Of a stretch of DNA of 34,800 nucleotides, positions 1 through 9,750 are shown piece by piece. The stretch is from sequence record SRR22947727_800; one strand, given 5' to 3'. The notes under the pieces were generated by a model. It worked only from the letters and a program-made list of their open reading frames with translations, did no database searches and had not been told where the DNA came from. Numbering within the stretch: the first letter of the stretch is position 1; every line of letters begins with the position of its first letter. Both the position numbers and the translations under genes were made by a program.

Positions 1-17
1 CAAAATCGTCCGCAGAT

Positions 18-491
18 GTGAAAGGGAGCCTATTTTTTCTGATCGGAAGCATTGCTACCATTTGGGGAGTGAAAACATTTCTTTCCGCGCAAGCAACTGA
101 GGAATGGCCGCAGGTTGAGGGAAAGGTGACCGCATCTGAAGTCACCCGCAAACGGACACGCGGAGGTGGGAAAGGGATTAAACAACGCAAGACGAACTAT
201 ACCGCGGAAATCAGTTACGATTATGTGATCGACGGAGAGGCCCTCTCATCGGATCGGTTTTCATACGGAAATTACAGCAGTAGCAATCGAGAAAATGCTG
301 ACAGTATCGTCGCTGAGTTTCCGGTGGGAAAAACGGTTCCGATTTTTTACGATCCTGAAAATCCAGAGTCAGCCGTATTGAAAACGGGCGGAAACTTTTT
401 GACTTATCTTCCGCTTGGAATCGGAAGTGTTTTCGCGCTGGTTGGCGGAGTAGTGGCGATCCGCGGATTTCTTGGCTTCAGGAAATCCTGA
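18..491 (+). CDS. DUF3592-like membrane protein
   Basis: N- and C-terminal hydrophobic segments flank a WPQVEGKV...ISYDYVIDG...VPIFYDPENPESAVL pattern typical of DUF3592; GTG start. Confidence 0.75.
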   Translation: MKGSLFFLIGSIATIWGVKTFLSAQATEEWPQVEGKVTASEVTRKRTRGGGKGIKQRKTNYTAEISYDYVIDGEALSSDRFSYGNYSSSNRENADSIVAEFPVGKTVPIFYDPENPESAVLKTGGNFLTYLPLGIGSVFALVGGVVAIRGFLGFRKS

Positions 492-497
492 TGATTT

Positions 498-1925
498 TTA
501 TCCGCCCACAAGTTCGGGAATGGGCTTGCCATTGCTGACGATTGGCGTGGGGCGTCCGTTGAAATCGTCGATCGTGATTTTCTGGTGATCGATGCCGAGG
601 TGTTGATAAACGGTCGCGAGAAAATCGCCGGGGCCGCACGGTCGTTCGGTGACGTCTTCGCCTCGCTTGTCGCTGGCTCCGATCACTCCGCCTGTTGTCA
701 TTCCGCCGCCCGCCCAAATGTTTGAAAAAGCACGTGGCCAGTGATCGCGCCCGGGCTGGAGCGTTCCGGCAGGTGCGCTGGCGTTACCGGCTCCGGTGCT
801 GCGATTGAAACTAATTTTTGGAGTCCGCCCAAATTCTCCGGTGACGACGACCAGAACGCGTTCGTCGAGGCCACGAGCGTAAATGTCTTCGATCAGGGCG
901 GAGACGGCTTGATCGTAATTAGGCATGCGGAAACGGAGGGCTTCAAATTGGTGCTGGTTGACTGCGTGATCGTCCCAGTTGTTGACGCGTCCGCACAACG
1001 GACCGCTCAGGGTGCTGGTGACGATATCGACGCCGGATTCTACGAGACGACGGGCGAGGAGAAGTTGTTGTCCCCAGCGATTCCGGCCGTAGCGATCGCG
1101 GATTTTTGCGTCCTCTTTGGAGAGGTCGAATGCATCGCGCGTGGTTGGATTTGTCAGGAGCGTCATGGCCTGAGTTTCGAATTCGTCGAGCGCGCCGAGC
1201 TCGTTTTCTTTATCAAAAGCACGCTCCATTTTGTCGAGGCTTTTGCGCAGGGCGAGCTTATCGCTAAGGCGTTTCGTTTCCGCCTGATCGGTGAGGCCGA
1301 TGTTAGGCACTTCAAAATTCGGGCGGTTCGGATCTGCAGTCACGGCAAATGGCGAGTAGGCATTTCCAAGATAGGCGGGACCGCTGTAGTTGGCCGGGGT
1401 TGGATTTACGCCAACATAATGCGGAAGCGGATTGGACTGATCACTTTCTTTAGAGCGCAGGTAATTTGCGACAGACATCCAATCAGGAAGACGCGGTTTC
1501 GGTTTGTCGCGCGTGTCGGTGTCACCTGAAAACATCTGCATCGAACCAGCTGGATGGCCTCCTGCAGATTGATTCATCGAGCGGACGATGTTGAACTTGT
1601 CAGCGATTTTTGCCTGCATCGGCATGAGTTCGGAAATTCGAGTGCCGGGAACTTTGGTCGCGATCGTTTTAAATGGACCACGATATTCGCTGCCAATATC
1701 CGGCTTCGGATCGTAAGAATCGACGTGCGAAAGCCCGCCGGGAAGCCAAACCATTATGATGGCCTTCTTTTCGTGATTCGGTTTCAGCGCGTTCTCTGCT
1801 TTCAAACGCATGAGCCCTGCCAAACTGAGCGAGGTGAAACCGGTCAGGCCAACCTGCATGAATCCGCGGCGGTTGAGCGGACCAGAGCAGAAGCCTGAAT
1901 TTTCGAGAGAAGGAATTGAGGGCAT
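498..1925 (-). CDS. DUF1501 domain protein, Tat-like signal
   Basis: NRRGFMQVG twin-arginine motif, WLPGGLSHVDSYDPKP, GQQLLLARRLVESGV, WDDH, GEFGRTP and GRDHWP motifs. Start moved to ATG 1925 to avoid overlap with the upstream gene, which ends at 1942. Confidence 0.9.
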   Translation of the reverse strand: MPSIPSLENSGFCSGPLNRRGFMQVGLTGFTSLSLAGLMRLKAENALKPNHEKKAIIMVWLPGGLSHVDSYDPKPDIGSEYRGPFKTIATKVPGTRISELMPMQAKIADKFNIVRSMNQSAGGHPAGSMQMFSGDTDTRDKPKPRLPDWMSVANYLRSKESDQSNPLPHYVGVNPTPANYSGPAYLGNAYSPFAVTADPNRPNFEVPNIGLTDQAETKRLSDKLALRKSLDKMERAFDKENELGALDEFETQAMTLLTNPTTRDAFDLSKEDAKIRDRYGRNRWGQQLLLARRLVESGVDIVTSTLSGPLCGRVNNWDDHAVNQHQFEALRFRMPNYDQAVSALIEDIYARGLDERVLVVVTGEFGRTPKISFNRSTGAGNASAPAGTLQPGRDHWPRAFSNIWAGGGMTTGGVIGASDKRGEDVTERPCGPGDFLATVYQHLGIDHQKITIDDFNGRPTPIVSNGKPIPELVGG

Positions 1926-1941
1926 GGAAGTTATGATTTTG

Positions 1942-4900
1942 TTAGTTCGATCCGAAAGCGGCGAGTTCTTTGCCATTGGTGCCATCCCAAATGCGAAGAA
2001 AGCTGTCTTCCCCGCCTCCGATCACGGTTACGCCATCGGGTGTGCTGGCGGCGGCTTGCATGAAGTCAGGAAGCTTGGCGATGGAGCGAATTTGGGCGCC
2101 GTCGTCATTGACTATTCGAATGAGATTGTCTCCTGCGGACGTTACAATTTTATTGGTCGCTCCGATAAATTGCAGAGAGGTGACTTCTTTAGTCCAGCCA
2201 ATGATTTTCTTCTTCCGTTCACCGAGAATCATATCCCAGGAATTGACAACGCCGTCTGCCCCCGCTGTCGCGAGGACGCGGCCATCGGCACGAAATGCGA
2301 CGCTGGTCACGTGATGGGTGTGACCTTCGAAAAGATTCACCTGTTTGCCTGTCGCGATGTCGGTTACTCGCGCAATTTTGTCTGCGGCTCCGGAGGCGAG
2401 AAGTTTCCCATCAGGTGAGAAGTCGAGACTCACGACGCAATCGGAGTGGCGTTCCTGCCAGGTCGACTTCCATTTTCCGGTGGCCGCATCGAAAAGTGAA
2501 ATGTCGCCGGATCGGGATGGTTCGCCGCTTCCGGTTGCGAGGATTTTTCCGTCGGGGCTGAACTCAACGGCGTTGACTCGATCAGCGAAAAATTCGAGAT
2601 TTTTCTCACCGCCCAACGTGCGTTCCAGTTTCCACTGAGAATTCAAGTTTGTTGTTGTGAAAGTGCCATCTGCTGAACAGGCGGCAAAGGCACCATTTTT
2701 CTGGAGAGCAAGTGAAGCTGCTGATGTCGCGACGCCTGAAACTTGTTCGACAGGAATGCCGCTCACGCTGGCCCAAACAGTCAGTGAACCGTCAGCGAAG
2801 ATTACCGCCACCTTTTGCTCATTGGCCGAAAATTTAACAGCGAGCGGTTTCGCTGCCGGAGTGGTGAGCGTTTTTTTGAGGGCTGCAAGATCGGTAGTCG
2901 CCGTGGTCTGTAACTTTTTGGCAGCTTCGCTGGTTGCTTTCGAATCCGCGATGTTCGTTGTGTTTTTCACTTTCGTTTCAGTGATTCGTTTCACCTGCGC
3001 TCCAGAGTCGGTGATGTTCGCCTGGACCGCTTTGAATGCAGCGACTGCAGAATTTTCGGCAGTCACGGCGGTAATCAATTTATCCTGCGCCGCTTTGAGT
3101 GATTTCTCCATCGCAGCGTCAGCCTTGCCCTCGGGGGCTTTCGCGATCAGGGCTTTCGCTTCGTCGACTTTTTTCTGTTCAGCGGCGCGAGCTTCTTCGG
3201 TCGGCTTGATTGCTTTTTCGTTTACAGGAAGCTTCTTGTTCATCGCGACGATAGCATCTTTCGCTTTCTGAAGCAGAATATCGAGCGCCTTGTTTTGCGC
3301 TTCGGTTTTCGTCACGACCGTCTTTTGAAATGCTTGCTCCAATGTCTGGCGAGCGATTGCCCAATCGAGTTCAGCGATTTTTTTGGAAGTCGAAACACTC
3401 CCGCGAAGTTCGACCGTTTGCTTGCCAGTCGCGACGTCCCAAATACGAATGGCGCTGTCGGCTCCCCCAGTCGCGAGCAGCTTTCCAGTTGGTGAAGCAT
3501 CGAGGCTGACGATACCTGCAGTGGCGATCTCTTTGATCAACTTCCCATCTGCAACATTCCATATCCGGATCTTGTTGTCGGTGCTGGCGGCAAAAACCTG
3601 GCTCTGACCTATGGCGAGCGCGGTGATCGAACCTGTTGCGCCTTTAAGTTCTCTCGGTGTTGGAAATCCCGATCCCGGCGAAGCGGGGAGCGTCCAGATT
3701 CGTGCGACTTTATCGTCTCCTGCAGTCACAACTGCTTTTCCATCGGCAGTCCAGGCGAGGGCTTGGATGACGATTTTGCGAGACTGATTCAATTTCTCAG
3801 CGGCCTCTTTCGATGACTTCTCGGCCGCCGATTTTTGAGTCAGCACGGTTTTCGAAGCAGCGATTGCTTTTGTTTCAGCCTGAGTAGCGGCGCCGAGTTT
3901 CGCATTCGCGTGCGTCAATTTTTTCTGTAATTCAGGCGTCGGAGCTTTTGAAATTTCAGCTTTAACCGTTGCTAATTCCTTCACCGCTGCCGCCTTTCCA
4001 GCTTTTAATTTTGTCACTTCAGCATTAGCGGCCGATTCCGCTTTCACGGCAGCCGCGAGTTTCACTGCGCCATCTTTTGCAAGTTTGCTGAGCGTCAAAT
4101 CAGGCGTTTCCTGCGATGCAATTTGTTTTCCATCGGCCAAATTCAATACGTTCAGATTCCAGCCATCGGAAAAAACGGCGACCTTTGCTCCGTCAGGCGA
4201 AATGCTCAGCAGCTTGATTGCGGTTTTTCCGATTCCGTCAAATTTCTGAATCACCGTCCCATCAGCAGCATTTTGAACGAGAAGTGCTCTGTTTTTATCT
4301 GCCGATACAATTTTGCTTCCATCACTCGAAATTGCCGAAACTTGCGCGGCGAGAGTTGCATTTGTTTTTCGAGTCGCCGCCGATATTTCAGTCTTTTTCC
4401 AAATCTTCACTTCCCGAAATCCACCCGAAGCCAATCGCGTGCCGTCAGGACTGAATGCAAGTGAATGCACCAGCGCTTTGTGAGCGGCAGCGGGTTGTTC
4501 AGCGCCATCAGCAATTTGCGAAACGAATTGTCTCGTTGCTAAATCATAGAGAAAAATCTGGTTTGATCGACTGCAAGCCGCGTAACGCCCGTCCTCAGTC
4601 ATCGCCAGCGTATAAATTGGATGGACGCCTGGTGCGAGTGGTTGCCAGACTATTTTTCTTTCTTGCCGAACTGAATCCTTCGCGCCTAGGTCGATCCATG
4701 TTTTCAGAACCGCGATTTCCTGAGTCGTGAGCTGCACTGCATCGGTCTTGTTATTTTTTGGCGGCATTTCGAGATCGAACTCGTGCGTGGACGCCTCGAC
4801 AACGAGACTTTCTGCGCTCTTGCCGGGAACGATCGAAGGTCCCGAATCGCCGCCTTTTTTCATCAACGCCGGCGTCTCCATATTCAGATCGGCCTTCGTA

Positions 4901-5040
4901 GTGGTTTTGTTATGGCAGGAGATACAATTCGCCTTCAGAAATGGATAGACGTCTTCATAGAAATCGGGCTCCGCAGGGGCAGCGCTCGCAATGCCTGCCC
5001 CAACGAATGTCGCGAATAAAAATGTAAAACAGCGGATCAT
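1942..5040 (-). CDS. Planctomycete-type cytochrome c domain + WD40 repeat protein with coiled-coil inserts
   Basis: Signal peptide; NCISCHN heme motif followed by LNMET...IVPGKSAES...MPP...WIDLGA; many FSPDG..LASG..D...RIWD repeats; Ala/Lys-rich helical inserts. Confidence 0.9.
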   Translation of the reverse strand: MIRCFTFLFATFVGAGIASAAPAEPDFYEDVYPFLKANCISCHNKTTTKADLNMETPALMKKGGDSGPSIVPGKSAESLVVEASTHEFDLEMPPKNNKTDAVQLTTQEIAVLKTWIDLGAKDSVRQERKIVWQPLAPGVHPIYTLAMTEDGRYAACSRSNQIFLYDLATRQFVSQIADGAEQPAAAHKALVHSLAFSPDGTRLASGGFREVKIWKKTEISAATRKTNATLAAQVSAISSDGSKIVSADKNRALLVQNAADGTVIQKFDGIGKTAIKLLSISPDGAKVAVFSDGWNLNVLNLADGKQIASQETPDLTLSKLAKDGAVKLAAAVKAESAANAEVTKLKAGKAAAVKELATVKAEISKAPTPELQKKLTHANAKLGAATQAETKAIAASKTVLTQKSAAEKSSKEAAEKLNQSRKIVIQALAWTADGKAVVTAGDDKVARIWTLPASPGSGFPTPRELKGATGSITALAIGQSQVFAASTDNKIRIWNVADGKLIKEIATAGIVSLDASPTGKLLATGGADSAIRIWDVATGKQTVELRGSVSTSKKIAELDWAIARQTLEQAFQKTVVTKTEAQNKALDILLQKAKDAIVAMNKKLPVNEKAIKPTEEARAAEQKKVDEAKALIAKAPEGKADAAMEKSLKAAQDKLITAVTAENSAVAAFKAVQANITDSGAQVKRITETKVKNTTNIADSKATSEAAKKLQTTATTDLAALKKTLTTPAAKPLAVKFSANEQKVAVIFADGSLTVWASVSGIPVEQVSGVATSAASLALQKNGAFAACSADGTFTTTNLNSQWKLERTLGGEKNLEFFADRVNAVEFSPDGKILATGSGEPSRSGDISLFDAATGKWKSTWQERHSDCVVSLDFSPDGKLLASGAADKIARVTDIATGKQVNLFEGHTHHVTSVAFRADGRVLATAGADGVVNSWDMILGERKKKIIGWTKEVTSLQFIGATNKIVTSAGDNLIRIVNDDGAQIRSIAKLPDFMQAAASTPDGVTVIGGGEDSFLRIWDGTNGKELAAFGSN

Positions 5041-7334
5041 TTTTTCGCGGTTGTGGGCGCGGCTTTCGCTGGTTCAACTGGCTTTGCTTTCACCAAAATT
5101 CGAATCGGTTCTGACACCACGATATCAACGATGTCTTTTGGCGCCGCTGCTTTTGTGACGGCCTTCATTTTCGCCACTGCCTTCGTCATTTCCGCTTCGG
5201 CCGCTTTCTGCTTTTCTGCTGCGAGTTTGGCCGCTTTCTCAATTTCAGCTTTCTTATCCGTCGGCGCGCTCGCTACTTCAGACGCCATTTTCTTTGCCTT
5301 CGCCGCAATTGCCGCGGCTTTAGTTTCCGTTTTTTTCTGCTCGGCTTCAGCGGCTTTTACGGCATCCGGATTGTAGCGGTATTTAGTTATGGCTCCGCCG
5401 TAAAACGCGACGGTGTATACACCCGGTGGAACTTTCATTGCAGCCAAATCGAAAACCACGTCGTGCGCTTTCTTCTTCAACGGGATTTCTGTTCCCGGTG
5501 ATTTCTCAAACCCCGCACCGTGAACTTTCAATTTCACCGATGTGCCAGAGAATTCCTCGCGCCAAATTGCTTTGAGCGGAATAGTCAATTTTTCGCCCTC
5601 TGTCACTTCCCAAACTTTGTCCTTGCTCGCTGCGATGCTCAGCGATGCCTTTTCAGAATTGCTAACAGAAACCGGAATGTTGCCAACCAATCGTGGAGCG
5701 GGAATTTCAGATTTCGCATTTTTCACGGGCCATTCCATTGTCGCGAGGTGGCACGGACGCGTCACCGCAGCGTCACCGATGGTTGCGCTTCCTGAGATAC
5801 TCGCTAACGAAACTGTGTTTTTTGAATTTTCATCTGCCGTAACCACGACATGACCGACCGATTTTCCTTTAGGAATTTTCAAACCGCGCGCCGTCACTCC
5901 GGCTGGAAGGCCTTCCATTTTCAATTCGATATCACCATCGAACCCGTCACGGCGAATTGCCAAGACTTCGAGGATCATTGATCCACCTGCCCGCAGAGCG
6001 ATCGGTTTCGAAAAGGCAGCCCGATCTCCGTTTCGAAGGGTCATGTGCAAAGCCCACGCCGACAAATCAAAATCGGGCTGCGCTTTGCGAATAATAAGCC
6101 GGTATTTATTGGCTGGATCATTTCGAGTGCCGCCAAATAAATCTCGAACTTGAATTCGATGAACGCCGTCTTCTTTGATTTCAACCTGCCCCAACACATC
6201 GGGTGAACCCACGTTATAGGGAGGTCCATCGTAGGAATAGCCGTTCGACGACACCTTCACCGGACTTTTGATATCATAAAGCTCGGCAACATCTGTGAGT
6301 GTTTCTTTGCCTTTGGTTTCGGTAACCTTCTGAGCTAGCACGAATGGATCGGTTGGTAAACCGAGTCGCTCAGATGCTACTTCCACCCACCAGATCTCGC
6401 CTTTTTTCGCAGAAAACTCAAACGTATCAACATCAGCTGCGGGAAAGAAACTGCCTGATAAATCGCACGGCAGCGTGATTTTTTGGGCCTTGTCAGGTTT
6501 GTCATTCGGCTCTGCTTCCTGGCCTGGCGCATACGCCGCAATGCCTTCTGGCGGCCATGACATCGCACTCACCGTTTGAGTCGCCGGATGGCGCGGAGCT
6601 GGAACGCCTGCGGCGACCTCTTGCAATGCCAGTCGATAGAAGTGCCGAGCCCCGCCTTGATACGTCAGGTCGTTTACTTTCACCAAATAATCACCATCGG
6701 CTTCCGGTGTGAAATCTACCGCGCCGCCAGTTCGATTCACGAGCAAATCACGTCCTTCTGAATCAGCGATAATCACCACCGGCGTCAAACGCGAATCGAT
6801 CCCGACCGCTGCGCATTCAACAACGACGCGCTTTCCTTTCTTCGCCTTGAACGAATAAAAATCGATCATCCGCGTGGTCATTGTCGCGTTGGAAATCGAA
6901 TTTGTTTTAACAGCCATGGCCGTTTCAATCGAATTGTTTGCCACCGTGCGGGTTTGCTCCGGAATATTTCCAACAGTGAAAGCCCTTGGTGATGAGATTC
7001 CCAAACGCGACATCACGCGAACATCATGCACGCCGATCGGTGCGTCCGGAGCGATCGTCAGTACAAATTTGTTTTCGACCACAGCACCCTTTTCATCTTT
7101 AACCGGAACCGCGGTGATCTTTGGAGTCGAGAAAAGCATCTCCGTCACGCTTTCAATATTCTCACCCGTCAAAGTCACCTCCACCGTCGTACCAGCCTGA
7201 CCACCCATCGGCATTAGAGTCAGCAAACGAGGGAGCGGCAAGCCGACCAGTTGTGCGACTGCCGATTGGCCCTGACACAACACCAGCGCAGCGAGCGCAA
7301 AAGATAAAATCGATTTCGATTTTCGAGAAAACAT
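5037..7334 (-). CDS. PPC (pre-peptidase C-terminal-like) domain protein of the DUF1549 cluster
   Basis: Signal peptide, PMGGQAGTTVEVTLTG, DFYSFKAKKG, EAEPND and DVDTFEFSAKKG repeats; no catalytic protease motif seen; ATGA overlap with the next gene. Confidence 0.8.
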   Translation of the reverse strand: MFSRKSKSILSFALAALVLCQGQSAVAQLVGLPLPRLLTLMPMGGQAGTTVEVTLTGENIESVTEMLFSTPKITAVPVKDEKGAVVENKFVLTIAPDAPIGVHDVRVMSRLGISSPRAFTVGNIPEQTRTVANNSIETAMAVKTNSISNATMTTRMIDFYSFKAKKGKRVVVECAAVGIDSRLTPVVIIADSEGRDLLVNRTGGAVDFTPEADGDYLVKVNDLTYQGGARHFYRLALQEVAAGVPAPRHPATQTVSAMSWPPEGIAAYAPGQEAEPNDKPDKAQKITLPCDLSGSFFPAADVDTFEFSAKKGEIWWVEVASERLGLPTDPFVLAQKVTETKGKETLTDVAELYDIKSPVKVSSNGYSYDGPPYNVGSPDVLGQVEIKEDGVHRIQVRDLFGGTRNDPANKYRLIIRKAQPDFDLSAWALHMTLRNGDRAAFSKPIALRAGGSMILEVLAIRRDGFDGDIELKMEGLPAGVTARGLKIPKGKSVGHVVVTADENSKNTVSLASISGSATIGDAAVTRPCHLATMEWPVKNAKSEIPAPRLVGNIPVSVSNSEKASLSIAASKDKVWEVTEGEKLTIPLKAIWREEFSGTSVKLKVHGAGFEKSPGTEIPLKKKAHDVVFDLAAMKVPPGVYTVAFYGGAITKYRYNPDAVKAAEAEQKKTETKAAAIAAKAKKMASEVASAPTDKKAEIEKAAKLAAEKQKAAEAEMTKAVAKMKAVTKAAAPKDIVDIVVSEPIRILVKAKPVEPAKAAPTTAKK

Positions 7335-7338
7335 AAGA

Positions 7339-9543
7339 TCAGTGGTTATAGAGAAATTCTTTCGTGTTCATGATCGCCCAAAGTAGGTCCTCGTGGGCCT
7401 GCCGTTTTGCGACTTGCGGCGCGAGGGGTTTTCCAGCCGAATCAGTTCGCGGCTTGGCGAGGTGCGCCTTTGAAATTTTCAGTTCCTCGGCCGTGGGCTT
7501 TCGCGAGAACGCAGCGAGATAAATTTCGTGAACCGCTTCGTCATCAGCTTTGTCGGGCTGCGAAAGCAAATCCGCCCGGCCTTTGCTCGTTGTGAGTTTT
7601 CCTTTCACATCACTCGAATTCATCAGGTGCAAACTTTGCGCCAAACTTGAAGATTGAACCCGCTCGCACTCACAAACGCTCGCGCCTTCGGGCCGACCAA
7701 ACACTTTTAGAAACGGCGATGTGTTGTAGCTGTTATCCGGCAACGAAACGGCCCGCGTCCCGAGCGGCAAATTCGCAAACGTCGACTTCGCACCCGTCAG
7801 CATATCGATTGAATCCAGCAGCACTTCAGCCTGCATCCGCTTCGGATAATAGTGGGAAAAATTCTGACGATCCACCGCGTTGTGCTCATTTGTCATCGCG
7901 CTCAATTGATACGTGTTGCTTTGCGTGATCAGCCGAATCACCGCTTTCAGATCAAATTCAGTTTCCACAAAATGCGCAGCCAACGCGTCCAGCAATTCAG
8001 GGTTTGTCGCCGGATTTGTATCGCGAATATCATCCTCCGGCTCCACCAGGCCACGTTTGAAAAAGTGTTTCCAATAACGATTCACCAGCGCCTTCGCGAA
8101 AAACGGATTCGACCTCTCAGCCATCCAATTCGCCAACTCAAGCCGCGGATCATCGTCCGGCGCGATCTCAATCGGTTCCGCACCGAGCGCGGCCGGCTTC
8201 ACCTTCTCCAACGTCTTTTTGTTTTCCAGCTGAGCCACGCCCCGCTTGTGAAAAATCAAATCCTCGCCCGCAATCGCCGTTGGCTTTCTGCCCACCTGAC
8301 TGAAAAATGCGGCGAACGAATAGTAATCATTCTGACTCCAGCGCTCGAACGGATGGTGATGGCACTGAGCGCATTGCATCCGAACACCGAGGAAAAGTTG
8401 CGCCACATCCTCCAGCTGAACATTCGGCTCTTTCACTCGCTTATACCAGGCTACCGGAGGACTCGCCACGATCGTTCCGGTTGCTCCGAGAATTTCCCGC
8501 ACAATTTTATCATACGGTTTGTTTGCCAAAAGGCTGTCCCGCACCCACGAGTGAAACGCGAAATTCGCCGTGATATCGGCCGCATCTTTCCGCTGATTTT
8601 TCAAAAGCGCTGTCCACTTGTTTGCAAAATAGTCCGCGTAGTCCGGGCTTTTCAAAAGCGCATCAATCGCCACGTCGCGTTTCTTCGGATCCTTGTTCGC
8701 GAGAAAAGCCGCAGTCTCCTTTTCAGTTGGAAGCCGACCCGCGATATCCAGCGACACCCTACGGAGAAATGTTGAGTCGTCACAAACCTCCGACGGTGGC
8801 ACCCCAATCGCTTTCAAGTTCGCAAACACCAAATCATCGATAAAATTCTTCGAAGGTGGCACCTTTTCCACCGGCGCACCGAGCGGAATCGAAACATTCG
8901 AAACCGTCATCTTTCCTGCATAGCGAACCATCACCGCCACGTTTCCCGGGATATCCAGCGTTTTGATCATCCCGTCGTGATCCGTCTCCGCCATTGCCTT
9001 GTCATTCGGTTCGTATAGCGCCATGTGGGTCACATCACGCTTCGTCCCATCTGAGTAATTCGCGGTCACTTTCAGTGCTTGCGTCTTATTCACTTTCATC
9101 GAAATCCGCTTCGGCTCGACATCCAGCGATGTCAGTTTCCCGTCCGCTTCATTCTCAAAAACCATCCCTTCACTGATCCATTTCACCAGCGTTTCATAAT
9201 TTTGCGTGCCCGGCGCTAACCTTACGCCACCGCCATGCGGCACAATATTTGCCGCTTTTAAAACCAGCAAACTTTGGTCCGGCGCAGCCGCAAAAACTCG
9301 TCGCCCCTTCGCCTCCTTCACGATGTGCTCGTAATCTTCCTGCGGCTCAAAACCCAGCAACGAAAGACTAAACCCTCGCTGCCCAGTTACTGATTTCGCA
9401 TGACAAGCCCCCGTATTGCAATCCGCCTTCGTCAAAATCGGCATGACGTCTTTAACGAACGTGACCTCACCCGAAAAAAGTGCCGAAGAGTGCAGCAGCG
9501 AAACGATAAGAAAAATTCCCGGGAGTGTGGATTTTAGAATCAT
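7339..9543 (-). CDS. DUF1549/DUF1553 domain protein with Ig-like domain
   Basis: CNTGACH, FLRRVSLDIAGRLPT, QLFLGVRMQCAQCHHHP, NPFFAKALVNRYWKHFF, CECER and the C-terminal DLLWAIMNTKEFLYNH. Start set at ATG 9543, ahead of the signal peptide. Confidence 0.92.
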   Translation of the reverse strand: MILKSTLPGIFLIVSLLHSSALFSGEVTFVKDVMPILTKADCNTGACHAKSVTGQRGFSLSLLGFEPQEDYEHIVKEAKGRRVFAAAPDQSLLVLKAANIVPHGGGVRLAPGTQNYETLVKWISEGMVFENEADGKLTSLDVEPKRISMKVNKTQALKVTANYSDGTKRDVTHMALYEPNDKAMAETDHDGMIKTLDIPGNVAVMVRYAGKMTVSNVSIPLGAPVEKVPPSKNFIDDLVFANLKAIGVPPSEVCDDSTFLRRVSLDIAGRLPTEKETAAFLANKDPKKRDVAIDALLKSPDYADYFANKWTALLKNQRKDAADITANFAFHSWVRDSLLANKPYDKIVREILGATGTIVASPPVAWYKRVKEPNVQLEDVAQLFLGVRMQCAQCHHHPFERWSQNDYYSFAAFFSQVGRKPTAIAGEDLIFHKRGVAQLENKKTLEKVKPAALGAEPIEIAPDDDPRLELANWMAERSNPFFAKALVNRYWKHFFKRGLVEPEDDIRDTNPATNPELLDALAAHFVETEFDLKAVIRLITQSNTYQLSAMTNEHNAVDRQNFSHYYPKRMQAEVLLDSIDMLTGAKSTFANLPLGTRAVSLPDNSYNTSPFLKVFGRPEGASVCECERVQSSSLAQSLHLMNSSDVKGKLTTSKGRADLLSQPDKADDEAVHEIYLAAFSRKPTAEELKISKAHLAKPRTDSAGKPLAPQVAKRQAHEDLLWAIMNTKEFLYNH

Positions 9544-9750
9544 AGAAAAATAGATCGAAAGCGAGCCTTCGATCATATTCCAAAAGCTATGGGAGTAAGT
9601 GACAACGGGCAATTTCCCGCATCGCGCCATGCATTCAGAATCAACGAGGCCCAATCCCTGGATCGGAAACGAATAGTTCTTGTTGGCGGATTGTGATCGG
9701 TGCCTAGGCAGCCCTATTCACGGGCCGTTGCCAAATTACAAAAAACGAGA

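Noticed and set aside
5037-7334. Calling the PPC protein a subtilase-type protease
   Set aside because: No subtilase Asp/His/Ser catalytic motifs are visible; only accessory beta-sandwich repeats.
741-8775. Long plus-strand ORFs (741-1529, 1810-2418, 2657-3271, 7852-8775)
   Set aside because: They are antisense to well-supported minus-strand genes and show no family motifs.
9544-9750. Structured RNA upstream of the DUF1549 operon
   Set aside because: Only short inverted repeats (GATCGAA/TTCGATC at 9553-9574, GAATAG/CTATTC) are present, which is too little to call an RNA element.
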